From Auanema rhodensis (taxonomy: Eukaryota; Animalia; Nematoda): 64,000 nt of DNA. A program made the translations under genes and the position numbers. This document shows positions 13,553 to 28,100 of the stretch, piece by piece (position 1 is the first letter of the stretch; each line of letters opens with the position of its first letter). Location: assembly GCA_964057225.1 (NCBI GenBank), contig OZ059898.1, positions 18,786,001 to 18,850,000 of the forward strand, written 5' to 3'. The notes below the pieces were generated by a model. It did not search any database and had not been told where the DNA came from. It saw nothing but the letters and a program-made list of their open reading frames with translations.

Positions 13553-16500
13553 TATTGGTGCATGGTAACCATGACTTTGAAATTTACGTGAACTTTAATT
13601 TATGCTTATTAAGTGTACACGTGATGTGCACTTGGTATGTAACTCGCTTCACGTGAAAGATAAATGGATGCGGTTTTCAAAATTAGATTCCCCATGTCCA
13701 TATTAGTCTAAAAACAAATTTTTATTGATATTGGTGCATGGTAACCATGACTTTGAAATTTACGTGAACTTTAATTTATGCTAATTAAGTGTACACGTGA
13801 TGTGCACTTGGAATGTAACTCGCTTCACGTGAAAGATAAAGAGATGCGGTTTTCAAAATTAGATTCCCCATGTCCATATTAGTCTAAAAACAAATTTTTA
13901 TTGATATTGGTGCATGGTAACCATGACTTTGAAATTTACGTGAACTTTAATTTATGCTAATTAAGTGTACACATGATGTGCACTTGGTATGTAACTCGCT
14001 TCACGTGAAAGATAAAGTGATGCGGTTTTCAAAATTAGATTCCGCATGTCCATATTAGTCTAAAAACAAATTTTTATTGATATTGGTGCATGGCAACCAT
14101 GACTTTAAAATTTACGTGTACTTTAATTTATGCTAATTAAGTGTACACATGATGTGCACTTGGTATGTAACTCGCTTCACGTCAAAGATAAAGAGATGCG
14201 GTTTTCAAAATTAGATTCCCCATGTCCATATTAGTCTAAAAACAAATTTTTATTAATATTGGTGCATGGTAACCATGACTTTGAAATTTACGTGAACTTT
14301 AATTTATGCTTATTAAGTGTACACGTGATGTGCACTTGGTATGTAACTCGCTTCACGTGAAAGATAAAGAGATGCGGTTTCCAAAATTAGATTCCCCATG
14401 TCCATATTAGTCTAAAAACAAATTTTTATTGATATTGGTGCATGGCAACCATGACTTTAAAATTTACGTGTACTTTAATTTATGCTAATTAAGTGTACAC
14501 ATGATGTGCACTTGGTATGTAACTCGCTTCGCGTCAAAGATAAAGAGATGGGGTTTTCAAAATTAGATTCCCCATGTCCATATTAGTCTAAAAACAAATT
14601 TTTATTAATATTGGTGCATGGTAACCATGACTTTGAAATTTACGTGAACTTTAATTTATGCTTATTAAGTGTACACGTGATGTGCACTTGGTATGTAACT
14701 CGCTTCACAAGAAAGATAAAGAGATGCGGTTTTCAAAATTAGATTCCTCATGCCCATATTAGTCTAAAAACAAATTTTTATTGATATTGGTGCATGGCAA
14801 CCATGACTTTAAAATTTACGTGTACTTTAATTTATGCTAATTAAGTGTACACATGATGTGCACTTGGTATGTAACTCGCTTCACGTGAAAGATAAAGTGA
14901 TGCGGTTTTCAAAATTAGATTCCCCATGTCCATATTAGTCTAAAAACAAATTTTTATTAATATTGGTGCATGGTAACCATGACTTTGAAATTTACGTGAA
15001 CTTTAATTTATGCTTATTAAGTGTACACGTGATGTGCACTTGGTATGTAACTCGCTTCACAAGAAAGATAAAGAGATGCGGTTTTCAAAATTAGATTCCT
15101 CATGCCCATATTAGTCTAAAAACAAATTTTTATTGATATTGGTGCATGGCAACCATGACTTTAAAATTTACGTGTACTTTAATTTATGCTAATTAAGTGT
15201 ACACATGATGTGCACTTGGTATGTAACTCGCTTCACGTGAAAGATAAAGTGATGCGGTTTTCAAAATTAGATTCCGCATGTCCATATTAGTCTAAAAACA
15301 AATTTTTATTGATATTGGTGCATGGCAACCATGACTTTAAAATTTACGTGTACTTTAATTTATGCTAATTAAGTGTACACATGATGTGCACTTGGTATGT
15401 AACTCGCTTCACGTCAAAGATAAAGAGATGCGGTTTTCAAAATTAGATTCCCCATGTCCATATTAGTCTAAAAACAAATTTTTATTAATATTGGTGCATG
15501 GTAACCATGACTTTGAAATTTACGTGAACTTTAATTTATGCTTATTAAGTGTACACGTGATGTGCACTTGGTATGTAACTCGCTTCACGTGAAAGATAAA
15601 TGGATGCGGTTTTCAAAATTAGATTCCCCATGTCCATATTAGTCTAAAAACAAATTTTTATTGATATTGGTGCATGGTAACCATGACTTTGAAATTTACG
15701 TGAACTTTAATTTATGCTAATTAAGTGTACACGTGATGTGCACTTGGAATGTAACTCGCTTCACGTGAAAGATAAAGAGATGCGGTTTTCAAAATTAGAT
15801 TCCCCATGTCCATATTAGTCTAAAAACAAATTTTTATTGATATTGGTGCATGGTAACCATGACTTTGAAATTTACGTGAACTTTAATTTATGCTAATTAA
15901 GTGTACACATGATGTGCACTTGGTATGTAACTCGCTTCACGTGAAAGATAAAGTGATGCGGTTTTCAAAATTAGATTCCGCATGTCCATATTAGTCTAAA
16001 AACAAATTTTTATTGATATTGGTGCATGGCAACCATGACTTTAAAATTTACGTGTACTTTAATTTATGCTAATTAAGTGTACACATGATGTGCACTTGGT
16101 ATGTAACTCGCTTCACGTCAAAGATAAAGAGATGCGGTTTTCAAAATTAGATTCCCCATGTCCATATTAGTCTAAAAACAAATTTTTATTAATATTGGTG
16201 CATGGTAACCATGACTTTGAAATTTACGTGAACTTTAATTTATGCTTATTAAGTGTACACGTGATGTGCACTTGGTATGTAACTCGCTTCACGTGAAAGA
16301 TAAATGGATGCGGTTTTCAAAATTAGATTCCCCATGTCCATATTAGTCTAAAAACAAATTTTTATTGATATTGGTGCATGGTAACCATGACTTTGAAATT
16401 TACGTGAACTTTAATTTATGCTAATTAAGTGTACACATGATGTGCACTTGGTATGTAACTCGCTTCACGTGAAAGATAAAGTGATGCGGTTTTCAAAATT

Positions 16501-19184
16501 AGATTCCGCATGTCCATATTAGTCTAAAAACAAATTTTTATTGATATTGGTGCATGGTAACCATGACTTTAAAATTTACGTGTACTTTAATTTATGCTAA
16601 TTAAGTGTACACATGATGTGCACTTGGTATGTAACTCGCTTCACGTCAAAGATAAAGAGATGCGGTTTTCAAAATTAGATTCCCCATGTCCATATTAGTC
16701 TAAAAACAAATTTTTATTAATATTGGTGCATGGTAACCATGACTTTGAAATTTACGTGAACTTTAATTTATGCTTATTAAGTGTACACGTGATGTGCACT
16801 TGGTATGTAACTCGCTTCACGTGAAAGATAAATGGATGCGGTTTTCAAAATTAGATTCCCCATGTCCATATTAGTCTAAAAACAAATTTTTATTGATATT
16901 GGTGCATGGTAACCATGACTTTGAAATTTACGTGAACTTTAATTTATGCTAATTAAGTGTACACGTGATGTGCACTTGGAATGTAACTCGCTTCACGTGA
17001 AAGATAAAGAGATGCGGTTTTCAAAATTAGATTCCCCATGTCCATATTAGTCTAAAAACAAATTTTTATTGATATTGGTGCATGGTAACCATGACTTTGA
17101 AATTTACGTGAACTTTAATTTATGCTAATTAAGTGTACACATGATGTGCACTTGGTATGTAACTCGCTTCACGTGAAAGATAAAGTGATGCGGTTTTCAA
17201 AATTAGATTCCGCATGTCCATATTAGTCTAAAAACAAATTTTTATTGATATTGGTGCATGGCAACCATGACTTTAAAATTTACGTGTACTTTAATTTATG
17301 CTAATTAAGTGTACACATGATGTGCACTTGGTATGTAACTCGCTTCACGTCAAAGATAAAGAGATGCGGTTTTCAAAATTAGATTCCCCATGTCCATATT
17401 AGTCTAAAAACAAATTTTTAATAATATTGGTGCATGGTAACCATGACTTTGAAATTTACGTGAACTTTAATTTATGCTTATTAAGTGTACACGTGATGTG
17501 CACTTGGTATGTAACTCGCTTCACGTGAAAGATAAATGGATGCGGTTTTCAAAATTAGATTCCCCATGTCCATATTAGTCTAAAAACAAATTTTTATTGA
17601 TATTGGTGCATGGTAACCATGACTTTGAAATTTACGTGAACTTTAATTTATGCTAATTAAGTGTACACGTGATGTGCACTTGGAATGTAACTCGCTTCAC
17701 GTGAAAGATAAAGAGATGCGGTTTTCAAAATTAGATTCCCCATGTCCATATTAGTCTAAAAACAAATTTTTATTGATATTGGTGCATGGTAACCATGACT
17801 TTGAAATTTACGTGAACTTTAATTTATGCTAATTAAGTGTACACATGATGTGCACTTGGTATGTAACTCGCTTCACGTGAAAGATAAAGTGATGCGGTTT
17901 TCAAAATTAGATTCCGCATGTCCATATTAGTCTAAAAACAAATTTTTATTGATATTGGTGCATGGCAACCATGACTTTAAAATTTACGTGTACTTTAATT
18001 TATGCTAATTAAGTGTACACATGATGTGCACTTGGTATGTAACTCGCTTCGCGTCAAAGATAAAGAGATGGGGTTTTCAAAATTAGATTCCCCATGTCCA
18101 TATTAGTCTAAAAACAAATTTTTATTAATATTGGTGCATGGTAACCATGACTTTGAAATTTACGTGAACTTTAATTTATGCTAATTAAGTGTACACATGA
18201 TGTGCACTTGGTATGTAACTCGCTTCACGTGAAAGATAAAGTGATGCGGTTTTCAAAATTAGATTCCGCATGTCCATATTAGTCTAAAAACAAATTTTTA
18301 TTGATATTGGTGCATGGCAACCATGACTTTAAAATTTACGTGTACTTTAATTTATGCTAATTAAGTGTACACATGATGTGCACTTGGTATGTAACTCGCT
18401 TCACGTCAAAGATAAAGAGATGCGGTTTTCAAAATTAGATTCCCCATGTCCATATTAGTCTAAAAACAAATTTTTATTAATATTGGTGCATGGTAACCAT
18501 GACTTTGAAATTTACGTGAACTTTAATTTATGCTTATTAAGTGTACACGTGATGTGCACTTGGTATGTAACTCGCTTCACGTGAAAGATAAATGGATGCG
18601 GTTTTCAAAATTAGATTCCCCATGTCCATATTAGTCTAAAAACAAATTTTTATTGATATTGGTGCATGGTAACCATGACTTTGAAATTTACGTGAACTTT
18701 AATTTATGCTAATTAAGTGTACACGTGATGTGCACTTGGAATGTAACTCGCTTCACGTGAAAGATAAAGAGATGCGGTTTTCAAAATTAGATTCCCCATG
18801 TCCATATTAGTCTAAAAACAAATTTTTATTGATATTGGTGCATGGTAACCATGACTTTGAAATTTACGTGAACTTTAATTTATGCTAATTAAGTGTACAC
18901 ATGATGTGCACTTGGTATGTAACTCGCTTCACGTGAAAGATAAAGTGATGCGGTTTTCAAAATTAGATTCCGCATGTCCATATTAGTCTAAAAACAAATT
19001 TTTATTGATATTGGTGCATGGCAACCATGACTTTAAAATTTACGTGTACTTTAATTTATGCTAATTAAGTGTACACATGATGTGCACTTGGTATGTAACT
19101 CGCTTCGCGTCAAAGATAAAGAGATGGGGTTTTCAAAATTAGATTCCCCATGTCCATATTAGTCTAAAAACAAATTTTTATTAA
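13553..19184. repeat. Local irregular 4-mer HOR (704 bp) with truncated 2-/3-mer variants
   Basis: The monomer order [GCTTATT+AATGGA]-[TTGGAAT]-[AGTGATG+CCGCATG]-[GCAACC+GTAC+GTCA] starts at 13553, 15489, 16721, 17425 and 18481 (also at 9153). A 3-mer version starts at 16193. Confidence 0.8.
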
Positions 19185-22100
19185 TATTGGTGCATGGTAA
19201 CCATGACTTTGAAATTTACGTGAACTTTAATTTATGCTTATTAAGTGTACACGTGATGTGCACTTGGTATGTAACTCGCTTCACAAGAAAGATAAAGAGA
19301 TGCGGTTTTCAAAATTAGATTCCTCATGCCCATATTAGTCTAAAAACAAATTTTTATTGATATTGGTGCATGGCAACCATGACTTTAAAATTTACGTGTA
19401 CTTTAATTTATGCTAATTAAGTGTACACATGATGTGCACTTGGTATGTAACTCGCTTCACGTGAAAGATAAAGTGATGCGGTTTTCAAAATTAGATTCCG
19501 CATGTCCATATTAGTCTAAAAACAAATTTTTATTGATATTGGTGCATGGCAACCATGACTTTAAAATTTACGTGTACTTTAATTTATGCTAATTAAGTGT
19601 ACACATGATGTGCACTTGGTATGTAACTCGCTTCGCGTCAAAGATAAAGAGATGGGGTTTTCAAAATTAGATTCCCCATGTCCATATTAGTCTAAAAACA
19701 AATTTTTATTAATATTGGTGCATGGTAACCATGACTTTGAAATTTACGTGAACTTTAATTTATGCTTATTAAGTGTACACGTGATGTGCACTTGGTATGT
19801 AACTCGCTTCACGTGAAAGATAAATGGATGCGCTTTTCAAAATTAGATTCCCCATGCCCATATTAGTCTAAAAACAAATTTTTATTGATATTGGTGCATG
19901 GCAACCATGACTTTAAAATTTACGTGTACTTTAATTTATGCTAATTAAGTGTACACATGATGTGCACTTGGTATGTAACTCGCTTCACGTCAAAGATAAA
20001 GAGATGCGGTTTTCAAAATTAGATTCCCCATGTCCATATTAGTCTAAAAACAAATTTTTATTAATATTGGTGCATGGTAACCATGACTTTGAAATTTACG
20101 TGAACTTTAATTTATGCTTATTAAGTGTACACGTGATGTGCACTTGGTATGTAACTCGCTTCACGTGAAAGATAAAGGGACGCGGTTTTCAAAATTAGAT
20201 TCCCCATGTCTATATTAGTCTAAAAACAAATTATTATTGATATTGGTGCATGGTAACCATGACTTTAAAATCAACGTGAACTTTAATTTATGCTAATTAA
20301 GTGTACACATGATGTGCACTTGGTATGTAACTCGCTTCACGTGAAAGATAAAGAGATGCGGTTTTCAAAATTAGATTCCCCATGTCCATATTAGTCTAAA
20401 AACAAATTTTTATTGATATTGGTGCATGGCAACCATGACTTTGAAATTTACGTGTACTTTAATTTATGCTAATTAAGTGTACACATGATGTGCACTTGGT
20501 ATGTAACTCGCTTCACGAGAAAGATAAAAAGGTGCGGTTTTCAAATTTAGATTTCGCGTGTCCATATTAGTCTAAAAACAAATTTTTATTGATATTGGTG
20601 CATGGTAACCATGACTTTAAAATTTACGTGTACTTTAATTTATGCTAATTAAGTGTACACGTGATGTGCACTTGGTATGTAACTCGCTTCACGAGAAAGA
20701 TAAAAAGGTGCGGTTTTCAAATTTAGATTCCGCATGTCCATATTAGTCTAAAAACAAATTTTTATTGATATTGGTGCATGGCAACCATGACTTTAAAATT
20801 TACGTGTACTTTAATTTATGCTAATTAAGTGTACACGTGATGTGCACTTGGAATGTAACTCGCTTCACGTGAAAGATAAATGGATGCGGTTTTCAAAATT
20901 AGATTCCTCATGTTCATATTAGTCTAAAAACGAATTTTTATTGATATTGATGCATGGTAACCATGACTTTAAAATTTACGTGAACTTTAATTTATGCTAA
21001 TTAAGTGTACACGTGATGTGCACTTGGAATGTAACTCGCTTCACGTGAAAGATAAAGAGATGCGGTTTTCAAAATTAGATTCCCCATGTCCATATTAGTC
21101 TAAAAACAAATTTTTATTGATATTGGTGCATGGTAACCATGACTTTGAAATTTACGTGAACTTTAATTTATGCTAATTAAGTGTACACATGATGTGCACT
21201 TGGTATGTAACTCGCTTCACGAGAAAGATAAAAAGATGCGGTTTTCAAATTTAGATTTCGCGTGTCCATATTAGTCTAAAAACAAATTTTTATTGATATT
21301 GGTGCATGGTAACCATGACTTTGAAATTTACGTGAACTTTAATTTATGCTAATTAAGTGTACACGTGATGTGCACTTGGTATGTAACTCGCTTCACGTGA
21401 AAGATAAAGAGATGCGGTTTTCAAAATTAGATTCCTCATGTTCATATTAGTCTAAAAGCGAATTTTTATTGATATTGATGCATGGTAACCATGACTTTAA
21501 AATTTACGTGAACTTTAATTTATGCTAATTAAGTGTACACATGATGTGCACTTGGTATGTAACTCGCTTCACGTCAAAGATAAAGAGATGCGGTTTTCAA
21601 AATTAGATTCCACATGTCCATATTAGTCTAAAAACAAATTTTTATCGATATTGGTGCATGGTAACCATGACTTTGAAATTTACGTGAACTTTAATTTATG
21701 CTAATTAAGTGTACACATGATGTGCATTTGGTATGTAACTCGCTTCACGTGAAAGATAAAGAGATGCGGTTTTCAAAATTAGATTCCGCATGTCCATATT
21801 AGTCTAAAAACAAATTTTTATTGATATTGGTGCATGGTAACCATGACTTTGAAATTTACGTGAACTTTAATTTATGCTAATTAAGTGTACACGTGATGTG
21901 CACTTGGTATGTAACTCGCTTCACGTGAAAGATAAAGAGATGCGGTTTTCAAAATTAGATTCCGCATGTCCATATTAGTCTAAAAACAAATTTTTATTGA
22001 TATTGGTGCATGGTAACCATGACTTTGAAATTTACGTGAACTTTAATTTATGCTAATTAAGTGTACACGTGATGTGCACTTGGTATGTAACTCGCTTCAC

Positions 22101-25100
22101 GTGAAAGATAAAGAGATGCGGTTTTCAAAATTAGATTCCTCATGTTCATATTAGTCTAAAAGCGAATTTTTATTGATATTGATGCATGGTAACCATGACT
22201 TTAAAATTTACGTGAACTTTAATTTATGCTAATTAAGTGTACACATGATGTGCACTTGGTATGTAACTCGCTTCACGTCAAAGATAAAGAGATGCGGTTT
22301 TCAAAATTAGATTCCCCATGTCCATATTAGTCTAAAAACAAATTTTTATCGATATTGGTGCATGGTAACCATGACTTTGAAATTTACGTGAACTTTAATT
22401 TATGCTAATTAAGTGTACACATGATGTGCATTTGGTATGTAACTCGCTTCACGTGAAAGATAAAGAGATGCGGTTTTCAAAATTAGATTCCGCATGTCCA
22501 TATTAGTCTAAAAACAAATTTTTATTGATATTGGTGCATGGTAACCATGACTTTGAAATTTACGTGAACTTTAATTTATGCTAATTAAGTGTACACGTGA
22601 TGTGCACTTGGTATGTAACTCGCTTCACGTGAAAGATAAAGAGATGCGGTTTTCAAAATTAGATTCCGCATGTCCATATTAGTCTAAAAACAAATTTTTA
22701 TTGATATTGGTGCATGGTAACCATGACTTTGAAATTTACGTGAACTTTAATTTATGCTAATTAAGTGTACACATGATGTGCACTTGGTATGTAACTCGCT
22801 TCACGTGAAAGATAAAGAGATGCGGTTTTCAAAATTAGATTCCCCATGTCCATATTAGTCTAAAAACATATTTTTATTGATATTGGTGCATGGTAACCAT
22901 GACTTTAAAATTTACGTGTACTTTAATTTATGCTAATTAAGTGTACACATGATGTGCACTTGGTATGTAACTCGCTTCACGTGAAAGATAAAGTGATGCG
23001 GTTTTCAAAATTAGATTCCCCATGTCCATATTAGTCTAAAAACATATTTTTATTGATATTGGTGCATGGTAACCATGACTTTAAAATTTACGTGTACTTT
23101 AATTTATGCTAATTAAGTGTACACATGATGTGCACTTGGTATGTAACTCGCTTCACGTGAAAGATAAAGAGATGCGGTTTTCAAAATTAGATTCCCCATG
23201 TCCATATTAGTCTAAAAACATATTTTTATTGATATTGGTGCATGGTAACCATGACTTTAAAATTTACGTGTACTTTAATTTATGCTAATTAAGTGTACAC
23301 ATGATGTGCACTTGGTATGTAACTCGCTTCACGTGAAAGATAAAGAGATGCGGTTTTCAAAATTAGATTCCCCATGTCCATATTAGTCTAAAAACATATT
23401 TTTATTGATATTGGTGCATGGTAACCATGACTTTAAAATTTACGTGTACTTTAATTTATGCTAATTAAGTGTACACATGATGTGCACTTGGTATGTAACT
23501 CGCTTCACGTGAAAGATAAAGTGATGCGGTTTTCAAAATTAGATTCCGCATGTCCATATTAGTCTAAAAACAAATTTTTATTGATATTGGTGCATGGTAA
23601 CCATGACTTTGAAATTTACGTGAACTTTAATTTATGCTAATTAAGTGTACACATGATGTGCACTTGGTATGTAACTCGCTTCACGTGAAAGATAAAGAGA
23701 TGCGGTTTTCAAAATTAGATTCCCCATGTCCATATTAGTCTAAAAACATATTTTTATTGATATTGGTGCATGGTAACCATGACTTTGAAATTTACGTGAA
23801 CTTTAATTTATGCTAATTAAGTGTACACATGATGTGCACTTGGTATGTAACTCGCTTCACGTGAAAGATAAAGAGATGCGGTTTTCAAAATTAGATTCCC
23901 CATGTCCATATTAGTCTAAAAACATATTTTTATTGATATTGGTGCATGGTAACCATGACTTTAAAATTTACGTGTACTTTAATTTATGCTAATTAAGTGT
24001 ACACATGATGTGCACTTGGTATGTAACTCGCTTCACGTGAAAGATAAAGAGATGCGGTTTTCAAAATTAGATTCCGCATGTCCATATTAGTCTAAAAACA
24101 AATTTTTATTGATATTGGTGCATGGTAACCATGACTTTGAAATTTACGTGAACTTTAATTTATGCTAATTAAGTGTACACGTGATGTGCACTTGGTATGT
24201 AACTCGCTTCACGTGAAAGATAAAGAGATGCGGTTTTCAAAATTAGATTCCGCATGTCCATATTAGTCTAAAAACAAATTTTTATTGATATTGGTGCATG
24301 GTAACCATGACTTTGAAATTTACGTGAACTTTAATTTATGCTAATTAAGTGTACACGTGATGTGCACTTGGTATGTAACTCGCTTCACGTGAAAGATAAA
24401 GAGATGCGGTTTTCAAAATTAGATTCCTCATGTTCATATTAGTCTAAAAGCGAATTTTTATTGATATTGATGCATGGTAACCATGACTTTAAAATTTACG
24501 TGAACTTTAATTTATGCTAATTAAGTGTACACATGATGTGCACTTGGTATGTAACTCGCTTCACGTCAAAGATAAAGAGATGCGGTTTTCAAAATTAGAT
24601 TCCCCATGTCCATATTAGTCTAAAAACAAATTTTTATCGATATTGGTGCATGGTAACCATGACTTTGAAATTTACGTGAACTTTAATTTATGCTAATTAA
24701 GTGTACACATGATGTGCATTTGGTATGTAACTCGCTTCACGTGAAAGATAAAGAGATGCGGTTTTCAAAATTAGATTCCGCATGTCCATATTAGTCTAAA
24801 AACAAATTTTTAATAATATTGGTGCATGGTAACCATGACTTTGAAATTTACGTGAACTTTAATTTATGCTTATTAAGTGTACACGTGATGTGCACTTGGT
24901 ATGTAACTCGCTTCACGTGAAAGATAAATGGATGCGGTTTTCAAAATTAGATTCCCCATGTCCATATTAGTCTAAAAACAAATTTTTATTGATATTGGTG
25001 CATGGTAACCATGACTTTGAAATTTACGTGAACTTTAATTTATGCTAATTAAGTGTACACGTGATGTGCACTTGGAATGTAACTCGCTTCACGTGAAAGA

Positions 25101-28100
25101 TAAAGAGATGCGGTTTTCAAAATTAGATTCCCCATGTCCATATTAGTCTAAAAACAAATTTTTATTGATATTGGTGCATGGTAACCATGACTTTGAAATT
25201 TACGTGAACTTTAATTTATGCTAATTAAGTGTACACATGATGTGCACTTGGTATGTAACTCGCTTCACGTGAAAGATAAAGTGATGCGGTTTTCAAAATT
25301 AGATTCCGCATGTCCATATTAGTCTAAAAACAAATTTTTATTGATATTGGTGCATGGCAACCATGACTTTAAAATTTACGTGTACTTTAATTTATGCTAA
25401 TTAAGTGTACACATGATGTGCACTTGGTATGTAACTCGCTTCGCGTCAAAGATAAAGAGATGGGGTTTTCAAAATTAGATTCCCCATGTCCATATTAGTC
25501 TAAAAACAAATTTTTATTAATATTGGTGCATGGTAACCATGACTTTGAAATTTACGTGAACTTTAATTTATGCTAATTAAGTGTACACATGATGTGCACT
25601 TGGTATGTAACTCGCTTCACGTGAAAGATAAAGTGATGCGGTTTTCAAAATTAGATTCCGCATGTCCATATTAGTCTAAAAACAAATTTTTATTGATATT
25701 GGTGCATGGCAACCATGACTTTAAAATTTACGTGTACTTTAATTTATGCTAATTAAGTGTACACATGATGTGCACTTGGTATGTAACTCGCTTCACGTCA
25801 AAGATAAAGAGATGCGGTTTTCAAAATTAGATTCCCCATGTCCATATTAGTCTAAAAACAAATTTTTATTAATATTGGTGCATGGTAACCATGACTTTGA
25901 AATTTACGTGAACTTTAATTTATGCTTATTAAGTGTACACGTGATGTGCACTTGGTATGTAACTCGCTTCACGTGAAAGATAAATGGATGCGGTTTTCAA
26001 AATTAGATTCCCCATGTCCATATTAGTCTAAAAACAAATTTTTATTGATATTGGTGCATGGTAACCATGACTTTGAAATTTACGTGAACTTTAATTTATG
26101 CTAATTAAGTGTACACGTGATGTGCACTTGGAATGTAACTCGCTTCACGTGAAAGATAAAGAGATGCGGTTTTCAAAATTAGATTCCCCATGTCCATATT
26201 AGTCTAAAAACAAATTTTTATTGATATTGGTGCATGGTAACCATGACTTTGAAATTTACGTGAACTTTAATTTATGCTAATTAAGTGTACACATGATGTG
26301 CACTTGGTATGTAACTCGCTTCACGTGAAAGATAAAGTGATGCGGTTTTCAAAATTAGATTCCGCATGTCCATATTAGTCTAAAAACAAATTTTTATTGA
26401 TATTGGTGCATGGCAACCATGACTTTAAAATTTACGTGTACTTTAATTTATGCTAATTAAGTGTACACATGATGTGCACTTGGTATGTAACTCGCTTCGC
26501 GTCAAAGATAAAGAGATGGGGTTTTCAAAATTAGATTCCCCATGTCCATATTAGTCTAAAAACAAATTTTTATTAATATTGGTGCATGGTAACCATGACT
26601 TTGAAATTTACGTGAACTTTAATTTATGCTTATTAAGTGTACACGTGATGTGCACTTGGTATGTAACTCGCTTCACAAGAAAGATAAAGAGATGCGGTTT
26701 TCAAAATTAGATTCCTCATGCCCATATTAGTCTAAAAACAAATTTTTATTGATATTGGTGCATGGCAACCATGACTTTAAAATTTACGTGTACTTTAATT
26801 TATGCTAATTAAGTGTACACATGATGTGCACTTGGTATGTAACTCGCTTCACGTGAAAGATAAAGTGATGCGGTTTTCAAAATTAGATTCCGCATGTCCA
26901 TATTAGTCTAAAAACAAATTTTTATTGATATTGGTGCATGGCAACCATGACTTTAAAATTTACGTGTACTTTAATTTATGCTAATTAAGTGTACACATGA
27001 TGTGCACTTGGTATGTAACTCGCTTCGCGTCAAAGATAAAGAGATGGGGTTTTCAAAATTAGATTCCCCATGTCCATATTAGTCTAAAAACAAATTTTTA
27101 TTAATATTGGTGCATGGTAACCATGACTTTGAAATTTACGTGAACTTTAATTTATGCTTATTAAGTGTACACGTGATGTGCACTTGGTATGTAACTCGCT
27201 TCACGTGAAAGATAAATGGATGCGCTTTTCAAAATTAGATTCCCCATGCCCATATTAGTCTAAAAACAAATTTTTATTGATATTGGTGCATGGCAACCAT
27301 GACTTTAAAATTTACGTGTACTTTAATTTATGCTAATTAAGTGTACACATGATGTGCACTTGGTATGTAACTCGCTTCACGTCAAAGATAAAGAGATGCG
27401 GTTTTCAAAATTAGATTCCCCATGTCCATATTAGTCTAAAAACAAATTTTTATTAATATTGGTGCATGGTAACCATGACTTTGAAATTTACGTGAACTTT
27501 AATTTATGCTTATTAAGTGTACACGTGATGTGCACTTGGTATGTAACTCGCTTCACGTGAAAGATAAAGGGACGCGGTTTTCAAAATTAGATTCCCCATG
27601 TCTATATTAGTCTAAAAACAAATTATTATTGATATTGGTGCATGGTAACCATGACTTTAAAATCAACGTGAACTTTAATTTATGCTAATTAAGTGTACAC
27701 ATGATGTGCACTTGGTATGTAACTCGCTTCACGTGAAAGATAAAGAGATGCGGTTTTCAAAATTAGATTCCCCATGTCCATATTAGTCTAAAAACAAATT
27801 TTTATTGATATTGGTGCATGGCAACCATGACTTTGAAATTTACGTGTACTTTAATTTATGCTAATTAAGTGTACACATGATGTGCACTTGGTATGTAACT
27901 CGCTTCACGAGAAAGATAAAAAGGTGCGGTTTTCAAATTTAGATTTCGCGTGTCCATATTAGTCTAAAAACAAATTTTTATTGATATTGGTGCATGGTAA
28001 CCATGACTTTAAAATTTACGTGTACTTTAATTTATGCTAATTAAGTGTACACGTGATGTGCACTTGGTATGTAACTCGCTTCACGAGAAAGATAAAAAGG

